Shown here one piece after another: positions 46,825 through 56,522 of a DNA stretch of 64,000 bases. Numbering within the stretch: position 1 is the stretch's first letter; every line of letters begins with the position of its first letter. Source of the DNA: an uncultured Gammaproteobacteria bacterium (GTDB lineage Bacteria; Patescibacteriota; Microgenomatia; UBA8517); the NCBI GenBank assembly GCA_964608405.1, contig CAZSNC010000001.1:18667-82666 (forward strand). Direction: 5' to 3'. A model generated the notes under the pieces. The model was not told the DNA's origin and searched no databases. It saw only the letters and a program-made list of their open reading frames with translations. Position numbers and translations under genes: made by a program.

Positions 46825-49128
46825 TCACTTTTCAGCGCTTATGGAAATTTCTATATTGTCAGCTATTCTGGGAAGTGTCCCAAGCTTTCCGGGAAAACGG
46901 AATTTTTTAAAATTAATTACGGATCTCACGTAACCGGGAACATTATTTTTCATATATTCATCCGCTGTTTCCGGGTATTTTCCGGTAATGTTTTTTCTAA
47001 TTTCATCAATGTCAACCTGTGGAAGAAGATTTGCGCTGACAAAAAGGGACATGTAGTATGTATCATCCTTTTTATTTTTATAAGTGAAATCAGCCTGAAT
47101 CTGATCATTTTTTAAACTGTATCCACTCGGAACCCTCTCGTTTAAATATTTAAGTCCCAACTCTTCTATTTCGCTTCGTTTGGCCAACACTCCCTCCGCC
47201 TCAAGATCAAGTGTTAATTTGAGCGAGGATCCTTCGTCACCAACTTTTTTGTCGTAATCTTTCTTTGCAACGGAATATGTAATCGAGTCTGTAATTAACA
47301 TGTAATCCGACGATACGGCATTTTCCAATTCGTCTTTGAGTGTAGTTTCAAGTTCCTCCTGAAGACTTTCAAGCAAATTCTTCTGATCGCCTTCCGAAAT
47401 CGCGTTTACTTCACGGCTACTCCCGCCGGAAAAGGCCGATTCGTTGGTTGCCTCCATATCGGAGGATGAATAGTTTGATATTGTAAAAGTAGTTCCAGAG
47501 GCGAGGTTGTACTGCGCCCCGATTTCTTTTGCTGTTACCTTTACTTTGGTAATACCGCGTGTCAACACACTGCCACTTGCTACTGTAGTATCTTCATCCA
47601 GAGAAAAATTCAAACTTCCCGGCCCTTTAACTATCGTGTTTTTTGTAAGATTGATTGAGCTGCCTGCCCGGTATATTGTAATCTCCCCCGTTGCTTTATC
47701 TCCAATCACTTTCGTACCCGTAGTTTGCATACTTTTCTCACCGGAGGTTTTCTTAGTTACAACTTCACCGGAAACAACTGCGTTTTCAAAATCTGTTGTG
47801 TTTGATGAAGCGTCTACAGAAATTTCGACTTCGTCTTCAATTTTTTTCGGGGAGACATACAGTGTTACTTCTGCCTTCGGGAAAAACCACCAAAAAGCAA
47901 AAAAACCACCAAGAAGAAGGAAAAGAAACATTAAACCGATAAAAATGGTTTTAGGTGCCTTGAATTTTAGATTAAACTTGGGGAATGAAAATTTGATTTT
48001 CGGTAGGGATATTTTGGTAAATATCGATGTTTTTTCACCCTTTTGCATTACCTGGTTTGGAGCCACCGGCTGAGGCACTGTGGGTTGGGAAATAACTTCT
48101 TCTTTATTTGCTTCTTCACGAACTTGATTTTGGGAATAGTTATCCGAGTCACTTTCCCGAAAATTCTCATAATCTCCCGATTCAGAACTGACTGTAAAAC
48201 CAAAATCTTCAGGGCTCAAATTCTCCGGAGGTTCCTCCACGTTTGTAATCTGCTCCACCGATAATTCCGATTCCGGAGTTTCATTCATATTTTCAACATT
48301 TGCATTTGTGCCCAATGGAGATTCTACAAGCGGCATTACTTTTGTAACATCTCCCATCTCAGCCCCACCGGCAAGACATACAGCATAAATCTTCCTGTCA
48401 GGTGCAACAATTTCAATCTTCGGGGTGTGGAGAAATTTCACTTCCTTCAAACCTTCCCAGTCTGCCTTGATAAGCTCTTGTTTTATCTCATCCAATTCTC
48501 CTTCCTTTGAGTTATAAAGGATAATTCTTGACGGGTACGCTTCCCCCGAATAAAAACGGGAGAGTCCTTCTGTTACGTCTTCAACAACAGAAACACTTCT
48601 GGCAATTTGCGATACGCCTACAAGTTTTCCCAACCTGAAAATGGAAAGCTCCAGATTATTTTCTGAAACACCCAAAAATATCGCGTTGACCTGCCCCCCC
48701 TCCTCGCTTTTGTAATAGTTGGACAACGCCTCAGCCATTACGACAAAACCAACAGGTGTCAACGAAAGTTCCGAGCAGACTCTCTTAATTTTTGAAAGAT
48801 ATTCCTCTTTTATCTCGCCTCCTTCAACCCAGGAAGATACCACTCCAAAAACCACCTTAGATGGAGGATTAAGTTCCTCCGGGAAATTTTGGACTGCCGA
48901 AGAGCAGGAAGCGTCACAAGCAGAAACCAATTCTTCATCAAGATGCCACGAAGACGGAGGGCTTATAGTCACTACCTTTACTTTGTCCCCCTCTAATTTC
49001 CATATACCGGCTGACGCCCATTCCGGCTCGATAATTAAAGACCAGAAGTATTCTTCATCATCCTCTTTCTTCTTGGGCAGGATATTTTTTAAGTCCATAA
49101 ATAACTTGAGATAAAAGGTGATGTGCAA
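46825..49128 (-). CDS. large bitopic membrane protein: cytoplasmic actin-fold (PilM/FtsA/GspL-cyto-like) domain, acidic linker, single TM, and a 350-aa extracellular Ser/Thr-rich beta domain
   Basis: 767 aa. Residues about 20-300 show actin-fold phosphate-1/phosphate-2-like segments (LIIEPEWASAGIWKLEGDKVKVVTIS ... NAIFLGVSENNLELSIFRLGKLVGVS). The TM segment is TIFIGLMFLFLLLGGFFAFWWFF. No obvious catalytic motif in the extracellular part. Abuts the sortase gene (10-bp gap). Confidence 0.55.
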   Translation of the reverse strand: MHITFYLKLFMDLKNILPKKKEDDEEYFWSLIIEPEWASAGIWKLEGDKVKVVTISPPSSWHLDEELVSACDASCSSAVQNFPEELNPPSKVVFGVVSSWVEGGEIKEEYLSKIKRVCSELSLTPVGFVVMAEALSNYYKSEEGGQVNAIFLGVSENNLELSIFRLGKLVGVSQIARSVSVVEDVTEGLSRFYSGEAYPSRIILYNSKEGELDEIKQELIKADWEGLKEVKFLHTPKIEIVAPDRKIYAVCLAGGAEMGDVTKVMPLVESPLGTNANVENMNETPESELSVEQITNVEEPPENLSPEDFGFTVSSESGDYENFRESDSDNYSQNQVREEANKEEVISQPTVPQPVAPNQVMQKGEKTSIFTKISLPKIKFSFPKFNLKFKAPKTIFIGLMFLFLLLGGFFAFWWFFPKAEVTLYVSPKKIEDEVEISVDASSNTTDFENAVVSGEVVTKKTSGEKSMQTTGTKVIGDKATGEITIYRAGSSINLTKNTIVKGPGSLNFSLDEDTTVASGSVLTRGITKVKVTAKEIGAQYNLASGTTFTISNYSSSDMEATNESAFSGGSSREVNAISEGDQKNLLESLQEELETTLKDELENAVSSDYMLITDSITYSVAKKDYDKKVGDEGSSLKLTLDLEAEGVLAKRSEIEELGLKYLNERVPSGYSLKNDQIQADFTYKNKKDDTYYMSLFVSANLLPQVDIDEIRKNITGKYPETADEYMKNNVPGYVRSVINFKKFRFPGKLGTLPRIADNIEISISAEK

Positions 49129-50952
49129 TCACTTTTGAAAAACCATATACACCCTTACAAGACCGCTACCTATTTTTTCTTGCTTATTTATCTTAACATG
49201 ACCAATCTCTCCTGTGTAGGATACATGCGGACCACCACAAAATTCCCGACTTATAGCACTGCTCAAATCCCTTCCGACAAAATAAACTTTTACGATATCT
49301 GCGTATTTCTCACTGAAGGCGTGTATTGCTCCGGTTTTTAAAGCTTCATCTTTTGGCAGAACTTGATAATTTACAGGAAGATTTTGTGAAATTATGTCAT
49401 TAATCAAATCTTCAATGTTTTTCAATTGGGTATCTGTCAATTTTTCGGGGTTTGGAAAATCAAAGCGACTGCGATCTTTGGTAATATTTTGACCCTTCTG
49501 AACAACATGGTCCCCTAATACTTTTCTAAGACACGCAAGAAGTAGATGAGTAGCTGTATGAAACCTCACTACTTCCGGAGAATCGTCAGCCAATCCCCCT
49601 TTAAAAACACCTGAGGATGTGGTTCTTGATAAATTTTTATGTTTTTCGAATTCCTCCTGAAATATTTTCCTGTCTTCCTGGTCAAACTTAACACCTTTCC
49701 TCTCTGCCAGTTCCAAGGTTAATTCAAGCGGAAAACCTTCTGACTGGTAAAGATCAAAAGCAATATTTCCACTCACTTTTTGCCCTTTGGAAATTATATC
49801 CTCAAGTTTTTTTGTCCCCCTATCGATCGCCTTTGCAAATTTATTTGCTTCCTCTTCAACAATTGCACTTATTTCCGAAGTCGGCTTAACCATTATCGGT
49901 ATATTATTTTCAGACAAATCTATAATTGGAAAACCCGAATAATTTCCACCCGAAAGAGATTTTGCATGAAGAACCGCTCTTCTTATAAGTCGGCGCAGAA
50001 TATACCCGTGTGCCTTGTTACTGGGATAAATTCCTCCTGAGATCAATGCAATTGAAGCTCTCAAATGATCCGCAATAATTCTGAAGCTTCTATCTATTTC
50101 CTCACTTTCACCGTATTTTATTTTATATTTTTCTTCAATTTTTCCGATAATGCCTGAAAATAGATCTGTTTGGAAAATATCCGGGTTTTGGTTAATGGCT
50201 GCCACCATCCGCTCCAACCCACCTCCAAAGTCAACATTTTTTTGCGGAAGTTCTTCAATTTTTCCCTCGTCGACTTTTTTATATTGGATAAAGACCGAGT
50301 TGCCGATTTCTAAAAACCTACCACAATCACAATTAGGATGGCATTTTTCATTTTTATATGGTGAGTTTTCGTGAAGATGCAATTCTTCTCCAAAATCATA
50401 AAATATCTCTGAGTCCGGTCCACCAATATGACCGACGTTCATTTCACTTGGAGTTCCCGTCATTGACCACCAATTCTTCTTTGCGCTATAAAAAACAATC
50501 TTACTTTCGGAAATCCCGATTCTTTTCCAGATTTCAAAAGATTCCGTATCTTTGGGAACATCCTCAGTCCCATCAAAAACCGATACCCAAAGCCTCTCTT
50601 TATCAAGTAACAGCTCTTTTGTTAAAAACTCATAAAGCCAAGCCAGCTGGTCAGATTTGAAATAATCACCCAAACTCCAGTTACCCAACATTTCAAAAAA
50701 AGTAATATGTCTATTATCCCCAACCTCTTCAATATCCCCAAGCCTGATTGACGGTTGTGAATTTGTAAGCCGTTTCCCGTCTGGGTGGGCATCACCCAAA
50801 AGATATGGAACAAGCGGCTGCATTCCCGCAGATGTAAAAAGAGTTGAAGGGTCATTATCCAAAACCAATGGTGCCGGGGCAATTTCTTTATGATCCCTAG
50901 GTGAACTTTTAAAATACTTTATATATTTTTCTCTAACATCGACTGCTTTCAT
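49129..50952 (-). CDS. alaS: alanine--tRNA ligase, short form (catalytic + tRNA-binding + editing domains, no C-Ala domain)
   Basis: 607 aa; class II motifs ...FTSAGMQPLVPYLLG..., RHITFFEMLGNWSLGDYFK; editing-domain HTATHLL...H and CGGPHV motifs. Ends about 250 aa short of typical bacterial AlaRS. Confidence 0.85.
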   Translation of the reverse strand: MKAVDVREKYIKYFKSSPRDHKEIAPAPLVLDNDPSTLFTSAGMQPLVPYLLGDAHPDGKRLTNSQPSIRLGDIEEVGDNRHITFFEMLGNWSLGDYFKSDQLAWLYEFLTKELLLDKERLWVSVFDGTEDVPKDTESFEIWKRIGISESKIVFYSAKKNWWSMTGTPSEMNVGHIGGPDSEIFYDFGEELHLHENSPYKNEKCHPNCDCGRFLEIGNSVFIQYKKVDEGKIEELPQKNVDFGGGLERMVAAINQNPDIFQTDLFSGIIGKIEEKYKIKYGESEEIDRSFRIIADHLRASIALISGGIYPSNKAHGYILRRLIRRAVLHAKSLSGGNYSGFPIIDLSENNIPIMVKPTSEISAIVEEEANKFAKAIDRGTKKLEDIISKGQKVSGNIAFDLYQSEGFPLELTLELAERKGVKFDQEDRKIFQEEFEKHKNLSRTTSSGVFKGGLADDSPEVVRFHTATHLLLACLRKVLGDHVVQKGQNITKDRSRFDFPNPEKLTDTQLKNIEDLINDIISQNLPVNYQVLPKDEALKTGAIHAFSEKYADIVKVYFVGRDLSSAISREFCGGPHVSYTGEIGHVKINKQEKIGSGLVRVYMVFQK

Positions 50953-51104
50953 GAATTTAAATTATAGCTTCATTTAAACTTTGAATCTATATCAGTTAAT
51001 TTAATAAGATTTATAACCCCTGAAAAACGATAAAGGCAAACATAAATCACCCTCCGACAACATTTAATCTTATTTATTAGAATTTATTGAAAAACTGAAG
51101 TATT

Positions 51105-51335
51105 TCAACTTTTTATTTCGCTTTTGTTGCCTTTTCTTAACAGTTCCAATATACCGGATAACTTTTCAGGTCTAATCATACCGCCGCCCAAAATTGAATC
51201 ATCCAAAATGGTATTTACTTTTTTAACACCCTTCCTTAAATCAAGAAGTATTAAAAACACCTGCACCCCAACGAGAAGCAAAAGCAAGGTCAAAACAACT
51301 ACGACAATGATTAATAGTGACTGAACTCCGTCCAT
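51105..51335 (-). CDS. hypothetical small membrane protein (single TM)
   Basis: 76 aa; N-terminal hydrophobic helix LLIIVVVVLTLLLLLVGVQVFLILL; directly downstream of the rodZ-like gene (5-bp gap). Confidence 0.4.
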   Translation of the reverse strand: MDGVQSLLIIVVVVLTLLLLLVGVQVFLILLDLRKGVKKVNTILDDSILGGGMIRPEKLSGILELLRKGNKSEIKS

Positions 51336-51340
51336 AATAC

Positions 51341-51973
51341 TTAAGGTAATTTCGGAATAATTTCGCGAACGACAACCGTCTCTTTCCCGTAACGGGACCT
51401 GGACACAAAAACAAGGTTTTTGGTATCTTTACCAACACTAATTTTATCAGAAAATTCCCCCGTTTCTGAAACCAAAACCTGTTGGTTGTTAACGGTTAAT
51501 GTGGCATCGGAATCGGTCTTGCCAATAACTTTCACCTCTTTTTCAGTAATTTCTACTGCGTTTTCGGGCTGAAGAATATCCAACTTTGGAGGGGCTATAT
51601 ATAAAAGATATTGATAGACAAGATAAGCTAAAACACAAAACACAGCCAAGACAGACAATGCAATTGTAATTATTTTCGGACTTACGGAATGCTTTAAATT
51701 CAAATCCGGTTTAGGATTAATTGGCAATTTCTTTTCGTTAAATGGATAATCACGCCGTAAAAATGCCGTTGCCGAGTCTTCCGGAATATTAAGCTTTTTA
51801 GCGACGGATTTGACAAACCCCTGTATTACCGGGTATTCGGGAAGATTGTCCCAATCTCCTTTTTCAATTAAATCTATAAACTCCTTCTTAATTTTAGTAT
51901 CCTTCTCCATCTGTGAGAGTGAAAGCTTCTTTTTAACTCTTTCCTCCTTCAGGAAGGACCCTATTTTTCTCAT
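51341..51973 (-). CDS. RodZ-like cytoskeleton protein (N-terminal helix-turn-helix, TM, C-terminal periplasmic domain)
   Basis: 210 aa; the HTH region LSLSQMEKDTKIKKEFIDLIEKGDWDNLPEYPVIQGFVKSVAKKLNI resembles the RodZ N-terminus, followed by one TM helix and a beta-rich C-terminus. Confidence 0.55.
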   Translation of the reverse strand: MRKIGSFLKEERVKKKLSLSQMEKDTKIKKEFIDLIEKGDWDNLPEYPVIQGFVKSVAKKLNIPEDSATAFLRRDYPFNEKKLPINPKPDLNLKHSVSPKIITIALSVLAVFCVLAYLVYQYLLYIAPPKLDILQPENAVEITEKEVKVIGKTDSDATLTVNNQQVLVSETGEFSDKISVGKDTKNLVFVSRSRYGKETVVVREIIPKLP

Positions 51974-52007
51974 GTTAAGTTTATTAACCTATTAATATTT
52001 TTGAAGA

Positions 52008-54155
52008 CTATTGCCGCATTGCGTCTTCGGTTTTACTCGCAAAAACTTCCTCGGGACTGCGAACCAAGACTTCCCGTCCTTTAGAAGAATTATCCAGTGG
52101 CCCCACAACGCCCGCAGATTCAAGTTGATCCATAATTCTTGCAGCTCTTGCATAACCTACTGAAAGCCTTCTTTGGAGCATTGATGCAGAAGCTTTTTCG
52201 TACTGGCAGACCAACTCTACGGATTTCTTGAAGAATTCGTCGATTTCCCCGTCAACCCCCGGGACACTTATCGCACCCGGGTTTTTGGGCATCGTTGTTA
52301 CTTCCTCCGTATACTGCGGCTCAACCCCCTGATTTTTAATAAACGATACAAGGTTATTGATATCTTTATCGGCAACAAATGCCCCCTGAATTCTTACCGG
52401 TTTTGCCTGCTCTGGAGGAAGATATAGCATATCTCCCTTTCCGAGAAGTTTTTCTGCCCCTTGGGTATCAAGAATAACCCTCGAATCAACCTGGGAGGAA
52501 ACCGCAAACGCGACACGGCAGGGAATATTCGCTTTAATAAGACCCGTAATGATGTTGACACTTGGCCTTTGTGTTGCCAAAACCATGTGTATTCCTGTAG
52601 CCCGGCTCATCTGAGCAATTCTTGTGATTGCGTCTTCGACTTCAACCGGAGAAAGAAGCATTATATCCGCAAGTTCGTCAATAAATAAAACAATATAAGG
52701 CATTGCCTGAAAACCCGACATTTCATTGTATGCATCGATATTTCTTGCTCCGGCTTCGGCAAAAAGTTTATACCGCCTATCCATTTCTCCCATCAACCAT
52801 TTAAGTGCCGAAACAACCTTGGAAGGCTCAGTAATGACAGGGGAAAGCAGATGAGGTATTCCATTATAATTTGTCATCTCAACGCGTTTCGGATCCACTA
52901 AAATCAGTTTCAATTCCGAGGGTGAAGTTCTGAAAAGAAGCGTCGAAAGAAAGGCGTTGATACAAACCGATTTACCTGAACCTGTCTGACCTGCAACTAA
53001 AACATGGGGCATCCTTGCTAAATCCGCAACAATAGCCTTGCCAGAAACATCGAGTCCAAGCGATACGGCAAGTTTACTTTTATGTGTCTTCATAGCTTCG
53101 GATTCGAGCATTTTCTTAAGTGGCACAAATTCGGGAGCAATATTGGGAAGTTCTATTCCAACTAAAGACCTTCCAGGAATCGGAGCTTCAATTCTAATTG
53201 TTCCAGTAGGAGCCGCTAAAGCCAAAGCAAGATCTCTTTCAAGCGCCGTAATTTTTGAAAGTTTTGTTCCAAGGGCAACTTCCAAAGCATATTGTGTAAC
53301 AGCAGGTCCCAAATTAACCTCGACAACTCTTGCGGCAATACCGAAAGATTCAAGAGTTTGCTCAATTGTTGCCGCGTTGTTTTTAATATCCCCTCGGTTG
53401 GCTTTACCACCGCTAACCTCGGCAAAAATTGAAATCGGAGGGTATTTCCATATTCTCTCCTCCCCAGAAACATTGGTTAATACTTTTTGAGCAGAAGATT
53501 GTGTCTCAAAAATGTCAGTCTTTGGCAAGTCACTTTTAGGCTGGTTAATTGACAGTTTTGTATCGGAAAATACCGGTTTGTCGCCCATCACCCGAAGATC
53601 CCCCTTTTGTGCGGTTTTAAAGATTCCACCGGCAATAGGCTTTCTTGCCGCAACTTTTCCCCTAATAATATATTTTCTGAAAACATCTCTTAAAAAGATA
53701 TATATCTGATCAAATGAGGTATTAAAAAGGATTACCAATCCAACAAAAGATGTTCCCGTTAGCACCATAAAAGCCCCTATGTCTGTAATCAAATTTGAGA
53801 TCCCTCCCCATCCCCGCTCACCGACTTTCCCTGCTTTTGCCAAAAATACAACTGAGATAAAAAATAGAAGAGATCCTATGACAACATTAGGCTGGCTTAA
53901 GGGAATCCGGAGGTGTGAAACCATCAATCCAAAAGCAATAAATATAAATGGGATAAAAACAGCTCCCCATGAGAAAAGATCCATAAGAAACTCGTTTAGT
54001 TTGTATAATACTAAACCGTTTCTGGTAAATGAGATTAAAATAAGCCCAGCCAGTACATAAAAAGTGATTTGGACAATTGTATAAACTGTTCCCGGTTTTA
54101 GTTTCAACTTAAAAGCCTTTTTCGATTTTGTTTTGTAGCGCTTTCTTTTACTCAT
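52008..54155 (-). CDS. ftsK: DNA translocase FtsK/SpoIIIE
   Basis: 715 aa; N-terminal 4-TM domain; motor domain with Walker A LVAGQTGSGKSVCIN and Walker B; C-terminal winged-helix gamma domain. Confidence 0.9.
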   Translation of the reverse strand: MSKRKRYKTKSKKAFKLKLKPGTVYTIVQITFYVLAGLILISFTRNGLVLYKLNEFLMDLFSWGAVFIPFIFIAFGLMVSHLRIPLSQPNVVIGSLLFFISVVFLAKAGKVGERGWGGISNLITDIGAFMVLTGTSFVGLVILFNTSFDQIYIFLRDVFRKYIIRGKVAARKPIAGGIFKTAQKGDLRVMGDKPVFSDTKLSINQPKSDLPKTDIFETQSSAQKVLTNVSGEERIWKYPPISIFAEVSGGKANRGDIKNNAATIEQTLESFGIAARVVEVNLGPAVTQYALEVALGTKLSKITALERDLALALAAPTGTIRIEAPIPGRSLVGIELPNIAPEFVPLKKMLESEAMKTHKSKLAVSLGLDVSGKAIVADLARMPHVLVAGQTGSGKSVCINAFLSTLLFRTSPSELKLILVDPKRVEMTNYNGIPHLLSPVITEPSKVVSALKWLMGEMDRRYKLFAEAGARNIDAYNEMSGFQAMPYIVLFIDELADIMLLSPVEVEDAITRIAQMSRATGIHMVLATQRPSVNIITGLIKANIPCRVAFAVSSQVDSRVILDTQGAEKLLGKGDMLYLPPEQAKPVRIQGAFVADKDINNLVSFIKNQGVEPQYTEEVTTMPKNPGAISVPGVDGEIDEFFKKSVELVCQYEKASASMLQRRLSVGYARAARIMDQLESAGVVGPLDNSSKGREVLVRSPEEVFASKTEDAMRQ

Positions 54156-54229
54156 AACAACACTCCAATTTCATTATACTTAAATGTCCAATTCATTCCA
54201 ACAGGAAGGGGGAAATCAAGAAGGAGAAA

Positions 54230-55876
54230 TTAAACCTCAACAAAAATCGGTAAGATCATTGGATGTCGTCCAGTTTTTTGGAAGAAATATTTTTCAAGAA
54301 ATATTCTTGCTGTTTTTTGTGCAGATTTACCCTCAATTCTGCCGTTTTTAACAATTTGGGACTTAAGAGAGTTTTGTGCTTTTATCAAAAGATCTTTTTC
54401 GGTCTTTTCGAAAACAAAGCCTCTGCTGATTATTTCCGGATTACCGATTGCTCTTTTGTCCTTTCCAACTTTAACAAGTGCAACAACGAATCCCTCCTGA
54501 CCTAATACTGTCCTATCTCCTAAAACAACTCTTCCGATATCTCCAATTCCCAATCCATGAACCAATACTTTCTTGGTCGGAATTCTTCCCCCTTGATTGG
54601 CTTGACTGTTATTAAAATCAACATTATCACCAGGTTTTAATATGAAGACCCGCTTTCCGTCGACACCGTTTCCGACAACTAATTTCTTGTAAGCGTGCAT
54701 GAAACGAACAGCACCGCCAATCGGGACAAAATATTTCGGTTTTACAAGGTTAAAAAGCGAGACAATATCTTCCTGACTTCCGTGTCCAGATACATACAAT
54801 CCTTCGTTGAGTTCGTAGTAGTGCACATCCACCCCTTTATCGATAAGTTCGTCAATTACATAATCCTCACTCTCTTTCGAATAGGGAGGTGCCGGGTCAG
54901 CCGAAAAAATCACCATATCGCCAACCGCAACCTCCAATCTTTCGTGTTTACCCTCGGCAAGACGGTAGAGAGAACTTCCTACCTGGCCATAACAACCAGA
55001 AACAATGTAGGCAAGTTTATTTTTCGGAAGTTTATAAGAATCGTCTATTGAAATTACCAGATCCTTCGGGTACTGAAGATATCCGAGTTCATAGGCTTTT
55101 TCGGCTTTCTTTTGAATCGAACGCCCCACATAGACAACTTTTCTCCCCATTCTTTTTGCGACGTTAATCATCTGCTGAAATCTCCCGATATTTGACGATA
55201 TAGCCGTCATAAAAAGTGCTTCTTTTGCACTCATGGCAACTTTGTAGATATTTTCCTCAAGATGGGCTTCTCCTTCGGTAAAACCCGGTTTATTTGACCC
55301 CAAACAATCGGAGGCAAGACATAGTGCTCCGTTTCCGGCAAGAGATTTTATTCTCCCAACATCGATCCCCTTCCCAACGACCGGATTTTCGTCCATTTTA
55401 TGCTCGGGAACGTGGAAGACTCTCCCTTCGGGGGTGTCTATAGCAAATCCGCAAGAATCGGGAACCGAGTGTGTAACCCTGAAAGGATGAAACTTGAAAG
55501 GCCCTACCTGAAACTCACTGTTATCAGGATCGAATGTGTTAATTTTTACACCCTCAACTCCATATTCATCAAACTTATCTTTCAGAAATTCCGTAACCAA
55601 AGGAGGAGACCAAATCGGAACGGACACTTCCCTCAACAAAAAAGGTAGTGCTCCTATGTGGTCTTCATGACCCTGGGAGACAACAATGCCTGCAAGCTTG
55701 TCTTTATTTTTTAAAATATAGGAAAAATCGGGAAGCACCAAATCCACTCCCGGCATTTCCAAATCCGGAAAACCCACACCACAATCTACAACAACCATTT
55801 TTCCGGCTGCTTCGTAAACATATAAATTTTCCGTTACACTGATTGTGCCCGAAAGGGCAATAAATTTTAAACCCAT
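54230..55876 (-). CDS. rnj: ribonuclease J (metallo-beta-lactamase / beta-CASP family)
   Basis: 548 aa; HxHxDH motif (SQGHEDHIGALPFL), beta-CASP and C-terminal domains. Confidence 0.85.
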   Translation of the reverse strand: MGLKFIALSGTISVTENLYVYEAAGKMVVVDCGVGFPDLEMPGVDLVLPDFSYILKNKDKLAGIVVSQGHEDHIGALPFLLREVSVPIWSPPLVTEFLKDKFDEYGVEGVKINTFDPDNSEFQVGPFKFHPFRVTHSVPDSCGFAIDTPEGRVFHVPEHKMDENPVVGKGIDVGRIKSLAGNGALCLASDCLGSNKPGFTEGEAHLEENIYKVAMSAKEALFMTAISSNIGRFQQMINVAKRMGRKVVYVGRSIQKKAEKAYELGYLQYPKDLVISIDDSYKLPKNKLAYIVSGCYGQVGSSLYRLAEGKHERLEVAVGDMVIFSADPAPPYSKESEDYVIDELIDKGVDVHYYELNEGLYVSGHGSQEDIVSLFNLVKPKYFVPIGGAVRFMHAYKKLVVGNGVDGKRVFILKPGDNVDFNNSQANQGGRIPTKKVLVHGLGIGDIGRVVLGDRTVLGQEGFVVALVKVGKDKRAIGNPEIISRGFVFEKTEKDLLIKAQNSLKSQIVKNGRIEGKSAQKTARIFLEKYFFQKTGRHPMILPIFVEV

Positions 55877-55879
55877 AAT

Positions 55880-56518
55880 TTATACCAAATTTAATTGTTT
55901 TACTTCATTTGCTTCCGCCTTACTCTCCTGAATTTTATCACTTTTTTCTTTAATGTTTTGCATAATTTTTGGAATTTTCTCAAAATCTTCAATCAATTTA
56001 AGTTTAATTTCAGAGTTTCGAAGTGCAGCCGCAGGGTGATACATTGGAATAACCAATAATTCTTTGCCCTTCCACTCAACTATCTTTTCTTTTCCATGTG
56101 TACTTGAAATAAAAACGCCGGGTAAAAACTTTGCCATTGAAAATCTCCCTAGGGTTACGATTACCTTAGGATTGATAATTTTTATTATCTCATCCAAATA
56201 TTTGCCAAATGCATTTATCTCAAACGGTAATGGATCTCTGTTTTCCGGAGGACGATAATGAATAATATTTGTGATATAAACATCACTTCTTTTAATTCCA
56301 ATTTTGGCAAGCAACTGATTTAGAAGTGCTCCTGCATTACCGACAAACGGCAGTCCTTTAATGTCTTCCCAGTAACCTGGGCCCTCTCCGATAAATAAAA
56401 TCTCGGAATTGGGGTCGCCATCACCAAAAACCAAATTTGTGGCTCCGTCACGAAGAGGAAGGGCTAAGTCCATTCTCATTTTTTCTTTGAGTTCTCCTAG
56501 GATCTTACTTTTATCCAT
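55880..56518 (-). CDS. uracil-DNA glycosylase, family 4
   Basis: Motif A GEGPGYWEDIKGLPFVGNAGALLNQLL and motif B HPAAALR. The ORF-track start at 56587 overlaps the upstream gene; the internal MDKSK start at 56518 removes the overlap. Confidence 0.8.
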   Translation of the reverse strand: MDKSKILGELKEKMRMDLALPLRDGATNLVFGDGDPNSEILFIGEGPGYWEDIKGLPFVGNAGALLNQLLAKIGIKRSDVYITNIIHYRPPENRDPLPFEINAFGKYLDEIIKIINPKVIVTLGRFSMAKFLPGVFISSTHGKEKIVEWKGKELLVIPMYHPAAALRNSEIKLKLIEDFEKIPKIMQNIKEKSDKIQESKAEANEVKQLNLV

Positions 56519-56522
56519 AAAT

